From positions 1,116,001-1,180,000 of the forward strand of contig MU008164.1 in the NCBI GenBank assembly GCA_010909165.1: a stretch of 64,000 nucleotides of DNA, in the 5' to 3' direction. This document shows positions 11,563 to 22,128 of the stretch, one piece after another (position 1 is the first letter of the stretch; each line of letters begins with the position of its first letter). The position numbers and the translations under genes are program-made. The notes under the pieces are model-generated. The model did not search any database and was not told the DNA's origin. It worked only from the letters and a program-made list of their open reading frames with translations. The DNA comes from Anthoceros angustus. Taxonomy: Eukaryota; Plantae; Anthocerotophyta.

Positions 11563-14500
11563 CTAGGCTGCTGTAGCTGTGGGATGCAGCTTGTTTTCCA
11601 GATAAGTTGCTGTTCCCATCAAGCCCAATAAGCTGCAATGCTGCTCGTGTGTAACCTTAGGAAGACCCTTAGTTAGCAGGTCAACAACATTCTTTGTCGT
11701 GTGCACATATTGAAGCTGGATCATGCTTGTTTCAACTGCTTGACGAATAAAGTGGAACTGTATCTCAATGTGTTTTGATCGTGCATGAAGAATAGGATTC
11801 GCTGTGAGAGCAATCGCTGAGTGATTGTCGCATGCTAATATTGTGGCTGTCGGTTGCTGCCAGTGAATGCCCTCCAGGAACCGACGGACCCATATGATTT
11901 CACGTGCTGCAAGTGATAGGGCTCCGTATTCCGCCTCAGTTGATGAGAGGCTCACTGTTGTAAGTTTCTTAGACTGCCAGCTGATGGCGGATCCACATAA
12001 TAGCAGACAATATCATGATGGACTTCTCGAATCCACGCCGCCACCACGTGATCTCGAATAAGAAGTAAGTGTACCACTTCCAGCAGCTGTATATTTCATG
12101 GAAAAATCCTGTGTGCCTTTCAAATAACGCAGGGTTCTTTTGATGTCCAAGTCCCGACTGGTTTGAGAGGAAACGAGACACTACACCTACAGCTTGGGAG
12201 ATGTCCGGACGAGTCCAACCAACTAAGTACAAGAGACCACCTACTACTTCTCTGTAGGGTACTTTTGCCATTTCTGCAATGTCTGTTGGGGTGGTTGGAC
12301 AGTCCTCTATGGATAACTTATCTCCAGATGCTATAGGGGTGGTGACAGGATGTAATGCTGAAAGGTTGAATTTGGACAGTAACTGTCTTATGAAGTGTGC
12401 CTGGTGGATGGTGACGCGGGTCCTATCAGGGCTAAAGCTAAACTGAACGCCCAAAGCAAACTTCAAAGGACCTACATCAGTCATGTCCCATTCTTGTGAC
12501 AGGGCTTCTTTCATTTCGGCCAAAATGTGGGAATCACTAGCAAAAAGAAAATTATCATCAACATACAGTGCAATGATACAAAGCTGGTTGGCTCTCTTCA
12601 TTACATATACACTGCAGTCTGCAGTGAGAGGTACGAACCCAAGTTTGCGAAGCTTCTTGTCGGCTCTTGCATTCCACATTCTTGCAGACTGTTTCAGTCC
12701 GTATATAGATTTGAGTAATTGACATACCTTAGTTGGATCTGTAATGTAGCCTTCCGGTTCATTCATGTAAATAGTCTCCTTTAGTTCTCCGTTTAAAAAG
12801 GCCGTTTTAACATCCATTTGGTGGACAAGGAGCTTGTGTTTTATAGCATAACACAGAAGAATCCGCATAGATGTCGGCTTCACCACTGGACTGAAAGTTT
12901 CGGTATAGTCCAAACCCTGAACCTGGGTATAGCCCTGGGCCACTAGGCGAGCTTTAAAGCGAGCAACCGTACCGTCTGGATTTAGCTTCAATTTAAACAC
13001 CCATTTGGATGTAATGGGGCGTCTATCCGGAGGTAAAGTCACCAGCTCCCAAGTGTGATTTGTGATGAGGCTATTGTATTCTAAATCAATGGCCTTTTGC
13101 CATTCAGCTTTGTAGGGGCCTGATAGGGCTTCTTTGTATGTGGCAGGTGTATCTGGAGGATCGAGTATTGAGGCAGCTATGTTTGTAGCTAGAGCTGCTA
13201 GGGATGTCCTAGGTGGAACAAAGACAAAGGTGTCACCTGGTTCATAAGGTGTATTAAGCCATTCAGACCTAGGGCGATGGGTCCTAACTGATCTACGAGG
13301 TAAAGGGAACTCCTGTTCATCTACTGCCAATTGTTCATGTTCTTCTGGTTGAGGATTTTCATCTAACTCTGCAGGATCATTTGCTGGAGGCTCAATCTTT
13401 GGAGGATCATCCAGGACATCTGCAGGGTCTGGTAAAGGAGGTGCTGCGGGCAAAGGCTTGTTGGTATACTGGCCCTAATGGTGCTACAGGAGCAGCTGAG
13501 TTGTCAGGGAACTCTAAAGGAAAAACAGAAATATCTATGTCTACTACGTCTTCTTCTAAGTGTTGTTGTGGAGTATGACCATAGATTGAAGGTTCTGACA
13601 AGGGCTTGTGGCTTGTAACAAACTGAAGATGAGAGGCAATGATGAAGCTCTCGTTAAAACTCACACTTCTAGCTAGGGTAAGTTGCCTTGTATGTGGACT
13701 ATACAGCTTGTAGCCCTTTGACTGTTCAGAATATCCAACAAAAATATGTTTTGTAGCTCGATTATCCATCTTACCTCGTTTCTCCGGGGTGTGTATAGCA
13801 GCGCCAAAATGCGTAAATGGCTGATCCTGGGTTTGTGCCCAGCCCACCGCTCAAAGGGTGTATAGCTGAAGAGTGGCTTTACAGCAGCCTGCTCAATATA
13901 ATTACCGCTATACCTTCCGCCAAGATCCTTGTAAGTCCAAAATGAGTAGCTCGCAACGTTCTTGCAAAGTGCGATTGTATCTCTCAACATACGAGTTTTG
14001 TGCATGATACCACGTTGGTGAAGAATGCCCTTCTATCAACAATATGATTGGAAGTCCCGATCGAGGTATTCTTTCGCATTGTCACTTCTTAGTTTCTTAA
14101 GGATGCAACCTTTGAGTCCGCTAGTTGTACATAGTCTAGAAACTTATCATATGTTTTGTATGGTGAAATAAATAGAATGGCTCCATTCATCAAGGAAAAA
14201 CAATAAATTGCCAAAACGATGCGACATCGGCCATAGATGTCGGCTTCGCGATGAAAGTTTGGTATAGTCAAACCACGAACAGGTATATAGCCACTAAGCG
14301 AGCTTTAAAGCGAGCAACGTACCATCTGGATTTAGCTTCAATTTAAACACCCATTTGGATGTAATGGGCGTCTATCCGGAGGTAAAGTCACCGACTCCCA
14401 AGTGTGATTTGTGATGAGGCTATTGTATTCTAAATCAATGGCCTTTTGCCATTCGACTTTGTAGGGGCTGATAGGGCTTCTTTGTATGTGGCGGTGTATC

Positions 14501-17161
14501 GGAGGATCGAGTATTGAGGCGCATTTGTAGCTATTGCTAGGGATGTCCTAGGTGGAACAAAGACAAAGGTGTCACGGTTCATAAGGTGTATTAAGCCATT
14601 CGACCTATGGGTCCTAGATCTCTGAGGTAAAGGTAACTCCTTCATCTCGCCAATTGTTCATGTTCTTACGGTTGAGGATTTTCATCTAACTCTGCGGGAT
14701 CATTTCTTGGAGGCTCAATCTTTGGAGGATCATCCAGACATCAGTGCAGTAAAGGAGGTCTGCGGGCAAAGGTCTTGTTGGTATCTGGCCCTAATGGTGC
14801 TACGGGAGGCGGTGAGTTGTCGAGGAACTCTAAAGGAAAATATCTATGTCTACGTCTTCTTCTAAGTGTTGTTGTGGAGTATGACCATAGATTGAAGGTT
14901 CGACAAAGGGCTTGTAACAAGCCGAAGATGAGAGGCAATGATGAAGCTCTCGTTGAAACTCACACTTCTAGCTAGGTAAGTTGCCTTGTATGTGGACTAT
15001 CTGACATGTAGCCCTTTGTTGTTGAATACCAACAAAAATATGTTTTGTAGCTCGATTGTATCCATCTTACCTTCTCCGCGGTGTATATGTGCATAGGCTG
15101 CGTAAAAAAATGGCGATCCTAGGTTTGTGCCTCAAAGGGTGTATAGCTGAAGAGTGGCTACAGCTTAATAGTACTATACATACCTTGATATCCCTTGTAA
15201 GTCCTGGCGATGAAAGAGTAGCTCTGCAACGTTCTTGCAAAGTGCGATTGTATCTCTCAACATCTGAGTTTTGTCAGAGTACCGTGGTTGGTGAAGAATG
15301 CCCTTATCAACAATATGATTGGAAGTCTGAGGTATTCTTTCGCATTGTCACTTCTTAGTTTCTTAAGGATGCAACAGTTTGAGTCTCGCTAGTTGTACAT
15401 AGTCTAGAAACTTATCATATGTTTGGTGATTATGCAAAATAAATATGGCGATAATGGCTCCATTCTAAAGCGACAAACAATAAATTACGAGCGATGCAGA
15501 CACGGGCCATACAATGTGCACACCATCTAACAGATAGCCTTTGTAGGTTCACGATCATTGTATGGCTTTTGTGTCATCTTGCCAACTTGGCAGTCTTTAC
15601 AGAAAAGGTGATCATTCAGTTTAAAAGAAACTGGATCCTTGTACAATTCTGGTTTGCTAACAACTTGACGTATGTATGTTATGCTAGGATGGCAGAGACG
15701 ATGATGCCAAAGAGAAGTCTTGTCTGCATCACTCTTTGCATCGGTCACTAGCCCATATGCATAATTGGCTATACTCTCAAAATGATAAAGGTCATTGTAA
15801 GTGATTCCTTCTCCCAATATGACTGAATGATCATGTGTAGATGTCACTATACAGCCACTTGGTGTGAAACATACTTGCAGGTCGTGGTATATAACAAGTT
15901 TCCTGACTTACAGTAAATTTTTCTTCATGCTAGGTACATGTAGGACACCCAGCAGTGTGATGTGTGTCCCACCTTGCATAGGGAATGAGACATCACCAGA
16001 TCCAAAGAATTGCAAGTCCACTGCCTCCAAGTAGCACGAATTGACTAGTTGGTGCTGGCTTGTAATTAATAAATTTGTCTTTAGATAGACAGATATGGTG
16101 AGTGGCACCGGAGTCCAAAAACCACATATTTGTATCTGCTTGTGTAAGAGATAAACATATAGCAAGGATGGTAGGTGGCTTGGAGGCAGTCTGTGAAGAG
16201 CTGCTCTGTCCACGAGTGACCATATTCGTCTCGGCACCAGGTAATGCTTCACGGCGAGGCTCTCTAGCCCGCTTCTTTCTGCACTCATTTTCAAAATGAC
16301 CTGGAATTCTGCACCAGTGACAGGTGCCCTTCTTTTTCTGTCCAGGTGTATAAGAGGTTGGTGCAGGATAGGGTCTTCCCTTCGACCACGCCCCTTCCCA
16401 CGCCCCACGTTGGGTGTAGAGGACATGTGAACTATGTTGCTCGACCTTGTCAGAGCAACTCACTGATTCCTCCAAAGTGCACCAACAACTTGTGAAAAGG
16501 TGATATTAGCACCTGCCTGGTTTGCAAAATTGGTTTGAGTGGTGACAAATGCTCTGTAGCTATGTGGTAGGGATGTGAGAAGAACTGTTATTGCCTTCGT
16601 TTTTGTCAGCACATCACCGCCTGAGGCAAGCTTAGCACGCAAGCTGCAAAATTTATGTAAGTGATGCTCCACACTATCACTTTCCTTCAGACGAAGGCCA
16701 TAGAGTTGTCTGGTTGCATTAATAAGCGACATTCCGTCCTTTGCTGCGAACATGTCCTTAAATAAACTCAGCCGCAGACGTGGTCCGCCTTGAGTGTGTT
16801 GAATCATGTTCCTATCGAGAGCTGATAGGATTATACTACGTGCTCTTTTGTCTTGCCTTTCCCAAGCCTTAATTTCAACATCTGTGCCTTTAGGGTTTGC
16901 TAATGCTGGACTTGTGCTTTTTCCGGTCACAACATCCATGAGATCATGCTCCTCGAAGATTGCCTCCATTCGAAGCTCCCAGATTGGGTAATCTGAACCA
17001 TTAAACCGGTCCTTGTCTTTCATATCCAGTTTGAAAGTGTTTGTGGTGTTGTTATTAATGGTTGTGTTGCCTACTAGCGGGTTGGTCCCCATGATTTGAG
17101 GTGGAGGAGGTGTGTATGTATGACGAGGTACTATGGGATATCTATGTGGAGGTGACCACAT
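11563..17161 (-). pseudogene. Copia 1 gag-pol, frameshifted, with internal tandem duplication
   Basis: Gag KDRFNGSDYPIWELRM, zinc knuckle CHWCRIPGHFENEC, protease WFLDSGATHHIC, pre-integrase LWHHRLCHP, RT FKARLVAQG/HQMDVKTAFL/LYVDD, RNase H SSTEAEY/CDNHSAI/KHIEIQFHFIR. Confidence 0.9.
12866..15510. repeat. ~1.3-kb tandem duplication inside Copia 1 (12866-14231 repeated at 14232-~15510)
   Basis: CATAGATGTCGGCTTC at 12866 recurs at 14232. The second copy carries many short deletions; CATA microhomology at the junction. Confidence 0.85.
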
Positions 17162-18102
17162 GCAGCTATGGTACTAACAAATGTATGCACAGGAGGGACA
17201 ATGGGGGTTTCAGCAGAATTTCGCAACTATGGACATAGTTTTGTGATTTTGCCAAAATCCCTATTGTTCTTCCAGGGCACTACATAACCTGTCTAACATT
17301 TCTAGAGAATTGAGGACTCTGAATCCTGACCGAACATTGTGGCTAAGGACCCTAATATCTGATCTGTTGGCTCAGGTACTATAATCAAACCAACTGATGG
17401 ATTACAACAAGAAATGTCAAGCTTTGGAGCAACAGGAACAGCAGGTCTGTCAAACATCTTAGAAATCATATTGTAGTTTTCAAGACGATCAGATTGCATG
17501 GTAACGTGTGACAACTTTTTTGTCAAAATACCTATTTGCTTTTGTAGCTGTATCTGATCTTTCCTATATTTTTGCTGAGCTATGTGTGCTTGGTGCTTTA
17601 TGATGCCTACCGTAATGCTCAAGTGTCTAATTGCTATGTTGTTTTGTTGTGATGTGAGGTGTGAAGATGCAGTGACGCGACACATGGCGTCTTCTACATG
17701 TTCATAGCAACAATTACGCTGCAAGTACGACATCGCTTAGGAGAAAGTGAATCATAATCTCTTGAGAACCTATTCTGCTCGTTCCTTGTCATGGTGCACA
17801 TCAATTATGCACCGCTTCGATTACGCCCCACTTGCTCAAAGCTTGCTTTGCAAGGTGAAAAGCGCTTTTTCTTCCTCCTTCCAAGGGATACTCAATGGAG
17901 GTGCTCCAGCATCGACGCGTGTTGCAACATGATCCATGCCGCTAATGTAATTGAAACATGCGTCTAATTGCTGCCCCCAAGGATCTGATCCTTGTGATCA
18001 CCGAGTACGCGATCGCCTAGGGTTTTCGGCCTCCTACGGCATGCCGCGCCAATTTGATGGTGCAGACCTCACACCGTATGGGATCCGTGACGCGTCCATG
18101 GT

Positions 18103-18113
18103 GCTCGATACCA
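18103..18113 (-). other. Primer-binding site (tRNA-iMet type) of Copia 1
   Basis: TGGTATCGAGC directly next to the 5' LTR; canonical TGGTATCAGAGC minus one A. Confidence 0.85.
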
Positions 18114-18294
18114 TATAGAGGTTATATGGCCACCGATCATGAAAGATAAGGATCGAAAAAAAACAAGCGTAGGCGTAAAAGATAACTTCATTGAGGTTCA
18201 AAGAAGCATATCAACAAGAGCTGTTGTAAACTGCTTTTAACCTAACAATTACGCGTTATTGGGTTAGTGTCTGAAATTGGTAGCCATTCTAATA
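18114..18294 (-). repeat. 5' LTR of Copia 1
   Basis: Direct repeat of 10908-11111; abuts the PBS. Confidence 0.9.
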
Positions 18295-19624
18295 CATCCA
18301 GACTTTCCGAATCGCACCTCTTTTTCTCTTCTGCGATGAGGTTTCACTTAGGCTTGGTCCAGCCTTTTGGCCACTACTCTCCAGCTTGGTACAGGCACGC
18401 CCTCGGGACGACTTCGAGGACCCACCTTACTCATTGCTCTTGGTAGGCGGGCATAGCTGCTAGCATGATCAACTCGTCATACGCCGTCATTCTCGCTTGG
18501 CTAAGGAGGTGGCTTCTTCCCTTACAAGGAGCGCCTTACATTTACTATGGGAGTTTCCTCCCTACGGTGAGGCGGTGAGAGGATGCGCCATGGTGAAGGC
18601 TTGTAAGTACTCTTCTATGCAGTAGAGGCATGTCTTCATCCCCCTCGCCATCGAAACCCATGGGGCCATGGGCAAGGCCTTTTCTGGGTTCCTTAAGGCA
18701 TGTGCCACGGAGTACCTCAGCCACAGGAGTGGGGCAGTGCATAGCTACACATGACACTGTTCGCGACGTCATATTCTCGTTGGCTAAGGAGGGTGGCTTC
18801 TTTCCTTACAAGGAGCGCCCTTATACTCTACCCAACGGAGTTTCCCTCTGGGCTGAGCGGCGGAGGGATGCACCATGGTGAAGGCTCGTAAGTACTCTTC
18901 TATGCAGTAGGGGCATGTCTTCATCCCCCTCGCCATCAAGAGTAGAAGTCTAGGAGTACACCGAGGCCTTCACCATGGCGCATCCCCTCCGCCTCACGTA
19001 GGCCTGTACATGGCGGTGTGCATAGCTACATGACGCATTTGCGACGTCATATTCTCGTTGGCTAAGGAGGGTGGCTTCTTTCCTTACAAGGAGTGCCCTT
19101 ATACTCTACCTAACCTGGCAGGGTTTTCCTCCGGGCCGAGCATGGAGGGATGCGCCATCATGGTGAAGGCTCGTGGCACTCTTCTATACGGTAGGGGCGT
19201 GTCTTGTCCCTGGCCATGTGAAACCCGGCGGGCCAGTGGGCAAGACCTTTTTACGGGTTCCTTAAGGCCGCACGTGCAGGCACCTCAGCCACGGGGAGTG
19301 GGGTTGGCCTCCCTCTTTCCCCATTTGTGTGTAGCTTTACACAGAAATGGGTGTCCATTGCCCTCACGGTGGGCGTTGGTAACGTTAATGTATAGGATAA
19401 TGCAATGATGGGGGCGGCATCTTCAGCAAATTGTGTTGGTAGGCCCGCCTGCTCGATTTTTACATCCTTGGCGCGGTAGGCAGTTGGAAGATTGGGGACA
19501 ACCGGTAGGCAGTTAGAAGATTGGGGACAACGGGGGTTAGGTGCCCTCCTAAAGGTTGTTCGCCTTTATCTTGGGGTACATGGGTTTTCCCATCTCTTTT
19601 TCATAATAAAGTCTCCATTGTCAC

Positions 19625-19790
19625 ATATTATTCTTAAACTATAGGTGTATAAATATAGCAACGAGAGCCTTGTGTTAAGGGCAACTAATCAAGGGCTCCC
19701 TCGTTAATGGTATATTATTCTTATACTATAGCTGTATAAATATAGCAACAAGAGCTTTGTATTAAGGACAACTAATAAGAGAGCCTGTGT
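19625..19790. repeat. 87-bp AT-rich tandem repeat (about 1.8 copies here; its terminal 31 bp also at 9559-9589)
   Basis: ATATTATTCTTA(A/T)ACTATAG(G/C)TGTATAAATATAGCAAC at 19625 and 19712. CAAGGGCTCCCTCGT(G/T)AATGGTATATTATTC at 9559-9589 and 19690-19720. Confidence 0.8.
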
Positions 19791-19793
19791 TAA

Positions 19794-19920
19794 CTACAAG
19801 TCCAACTCAAATCCATGCTTGTGTCAAATTTGCCCCTACAACTCCAACTCAAATCCATCATTATGTCGATCTTGCCCCTACAAGTCCAACTCAAATCCAT
19901 GCTTGTGTCAAGCTTACCCC
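19794..19920. repeat. 42-bp minisatellite, 3 copies
   Basis: CTACAA(G/C)TCCAACTCAAATCCAT at 19794, 19836 and 19878. Confidence 0.9.
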
Positions 19921-20599
19921 TATACTTTTAGGCTTTCGCAGTGCGGCTCCTTTGCTACTCAATAAGAGGGGTTCAAGTTCACCTATTTAGTGACAGAGTC
20001 TCCAGAAGGGTTTGTGACCACTATGGTCATTTTGAGACTTGGTCGCCCTGATCTATTTGTACAACTTGGTCTGCTCGAACTGAACAACCTCTTTAAAGTG
20101 CATACTAGTACTTCTTCCTCCACGCCATGTACTTCCTTTCCAGAGCTATTACGAACATAGCATCTTGAATGACATCATTAGCCTCTTAGGAGACAAACAA
20201 AGCCCAACGAGTTTTCGGAAGCGTGAATGGTAGCTAGTGTGCTTGCAGGTAATGAGACAAGGGACGTAAGATATATGAACATAAATTATTATTTTTACAT
20301 AATATATGTCATTGCATTTCAATTTCTTTAGCAACACTCATCAATCAAAATCTAGAGCTTCATTATAAAAGAATATCTTTCTTCTCATATAAAGTTACAT
20401 AAATATGTGCACAAAGTAATCTTTTCAGGACGATATACATCATTGCTGTTCAAAGTTGTTTAAATTCACTACAGTCATTGATCAAAGTGATATAGAAGCT
20501 TTACAGAATAGGACAAAAAAGGGGCCTATGTACCTAGTCTTCACTTTCACCTAGACTCACGGAGCCATGGGCAAAGATTTCTCTAGGTTCATCCTTATC

Positions 20600-20912
20600 A
20601 TAGCCGCAGGAATGGGGTTGGCCTCCCCCTTTCTTGTATTGTTGCTTTCTTCCGGCAGAGGGTTTCCATCGCTCTGCAGAGGGCGTTCAGCTAGCAGTGT
20701 ATGGAGCGACGGCCGGAGATCGCCTTCTTCGACACCGGTGGTAAGTAGGCCTTTTCACATCCCTGACCACGAAGTTCTTCGGGCGGTTGGTAGTTTTGAA
20801 ATGTGTGATCGTTGGGGCTAGTCCCCTGGCATGGTGCCCTTCGTTGGGTTTTTCCCCTTTTTTTTTGGGGTGGATGGGTTTTTTCTTTTTTTAATAATAA
20901 AGTCTTCTTTCC
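20600..20912 (+). mobile_element. Second CRE-like 3'-end fragment
   Basis: Reads FFRQRVSIALQRAF. Homologous to 19290-19620, including GGGGTTGGCCTCCC and the terminal AATAAAGTCT. Confidence 0.6.
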
Positions 20913-22128
20913 CTCTTTCAAAGCGGCGGATTGGAATAAGGTGACTTGTATTATTTGTCTCCGGTAATGTACATATTCCCCTTCAGTTTCAATACTGCTT
21001 CGGCAAGTTGTTCAGAACATGTAGGTATTGGAAGACGTCTTCGATCACTGCTGTTCAGGCCACCTGCCCTTCCTTTCTTCGTGCTGCAGTCTCACAGTGG
21101 GCATTCAGCAATGTGCTGCCGTGTCAATGGGGTGGTTGGGCTTCTGTGCGAGGCATCATGCTGATAAGCTTCTTAGACGGGAACACCAACTATGCTTTGC
21201 CCGAAATTTCTCCTTGAAGCTTCACAGACGAACATACCTATACACTAGCAACCATCTCATGGAGAAAGCACTCACCCTAACCTCAAAAAGGCTACGGCAT
21301 GGAAGAGTAGACTGAGAGAAAAAAATTCCATAACAGCCCTGTTTCATCTCATCCTCAATCTCCATCATCTTCAGCCTGTTCGATGAGATTTCTGGCAGAA
21401 GTCATGTACGAGCTAGCATCAGCCAGCATTCTCAAGACTGAATTCCATTCCTCCCCATACGTGACAGCTCAGAACCTAACCTAGGGCACCGCCACCTCCT
21501 CTTATGGCTGCTGTGCAAGGACGCAGATGAAGACCAGTAGTGCATCTGTATTGCACCTACTTGCTTCTAGCCTTCTGCAACGAAGATGTCGTTCACCCAT
21601 CCCTCTCAAGAGATGCTACAGGCGCCTGACCAGCTCTGGCGGGGCAACCGTGCTGGGTGAGTGAGTTCTTTCCTGGCCTCTGCTCAAGATAGATCTGGGA
21701 AGCTCTTTGTTGACCTTTTCCATCCCGATGACAGAAGCCCCAATTCAGCATGACGCAGTGAGAGAAGGCTTCTGGGCAGATCACTTCCAGTGGCGGGACA
21801 GTAGGTCCAAGAAGGTAACGTATGTCTTCTGCTGAGGATGCCCTGCTCTGTTGCGCTCTTTCAGTCAAGTGCCTCCCCCAGGTGTTCCCAACAGGTGCTC
21901 ACATGATGAAATTCTCATGTACAGCAACTCTGCAGAGGTGGCTATCTGGACTGAGTATTCCTCCACCTCTCTGGGTTTCTATGGAGATGCAAAGCCAGCA
22001 GGGTCTCGGGATGCAGGCAGAGATTCCATGCCCTTTGAGTTTGATGCTCGAGGTGTATCTGAAAGGTGTTGATCTGGAAGCCTGTTCTCACCTGCTGAGT
22101 TTGTGGTTGTGGCACAGTTCCTGACTGA

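Larger units (their letters stand above)
10908..18294 (-). mobile_element. Ty1/Copia LTR retrotransposon 1 (degenerate), TA...TA termini, TSD CATCC
   Basis: LTRs 10908-11111 and 18114-18294. CATCC at 10903-10907 and 18295-18299. PBS TGGTATCGAGC (18113-18103), PPT GAGGGGGCG (11120-11112). Domain order gag-PR-IN-RT-RH. Confidence 0.95.
9590..19624 (+). mobile_element. 5'-truncated, degenerate CRE/SLACS-like non-LTR retrotransposon (RT plus restriction-like endonuclease), split by a Copia insertion
   Basis: RT motifs HLSPHQFG, LQVDIENVFNTVPR, RQGDLLGGALF, VADDTHI and LPVAFGG at 9590-10907. REL-region motifs HDTVRDVIFSLAKEG and PLAIETHGAMG at 18300-19420. AATAAA at 19605-19610. Flanked by ATATTATTC at 9581-9589 and 19625-19633. 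Confidence 0.75.

Noticed and set aside
19794-19920. CRISPR-like reading of the 42-bp, 57-bp and 87-bp repeats
   Set aside because: Head-to-tail units with no unique spacers, no cas genes, eukaryotic context.
21340-21870. Possible minus-strand exons (WNSVLRMLADASSYMTSARNLIEQ; LGPTVPPLEVICPE)
   Set aside because: Could not build a consistent spliced model or recognise a family.
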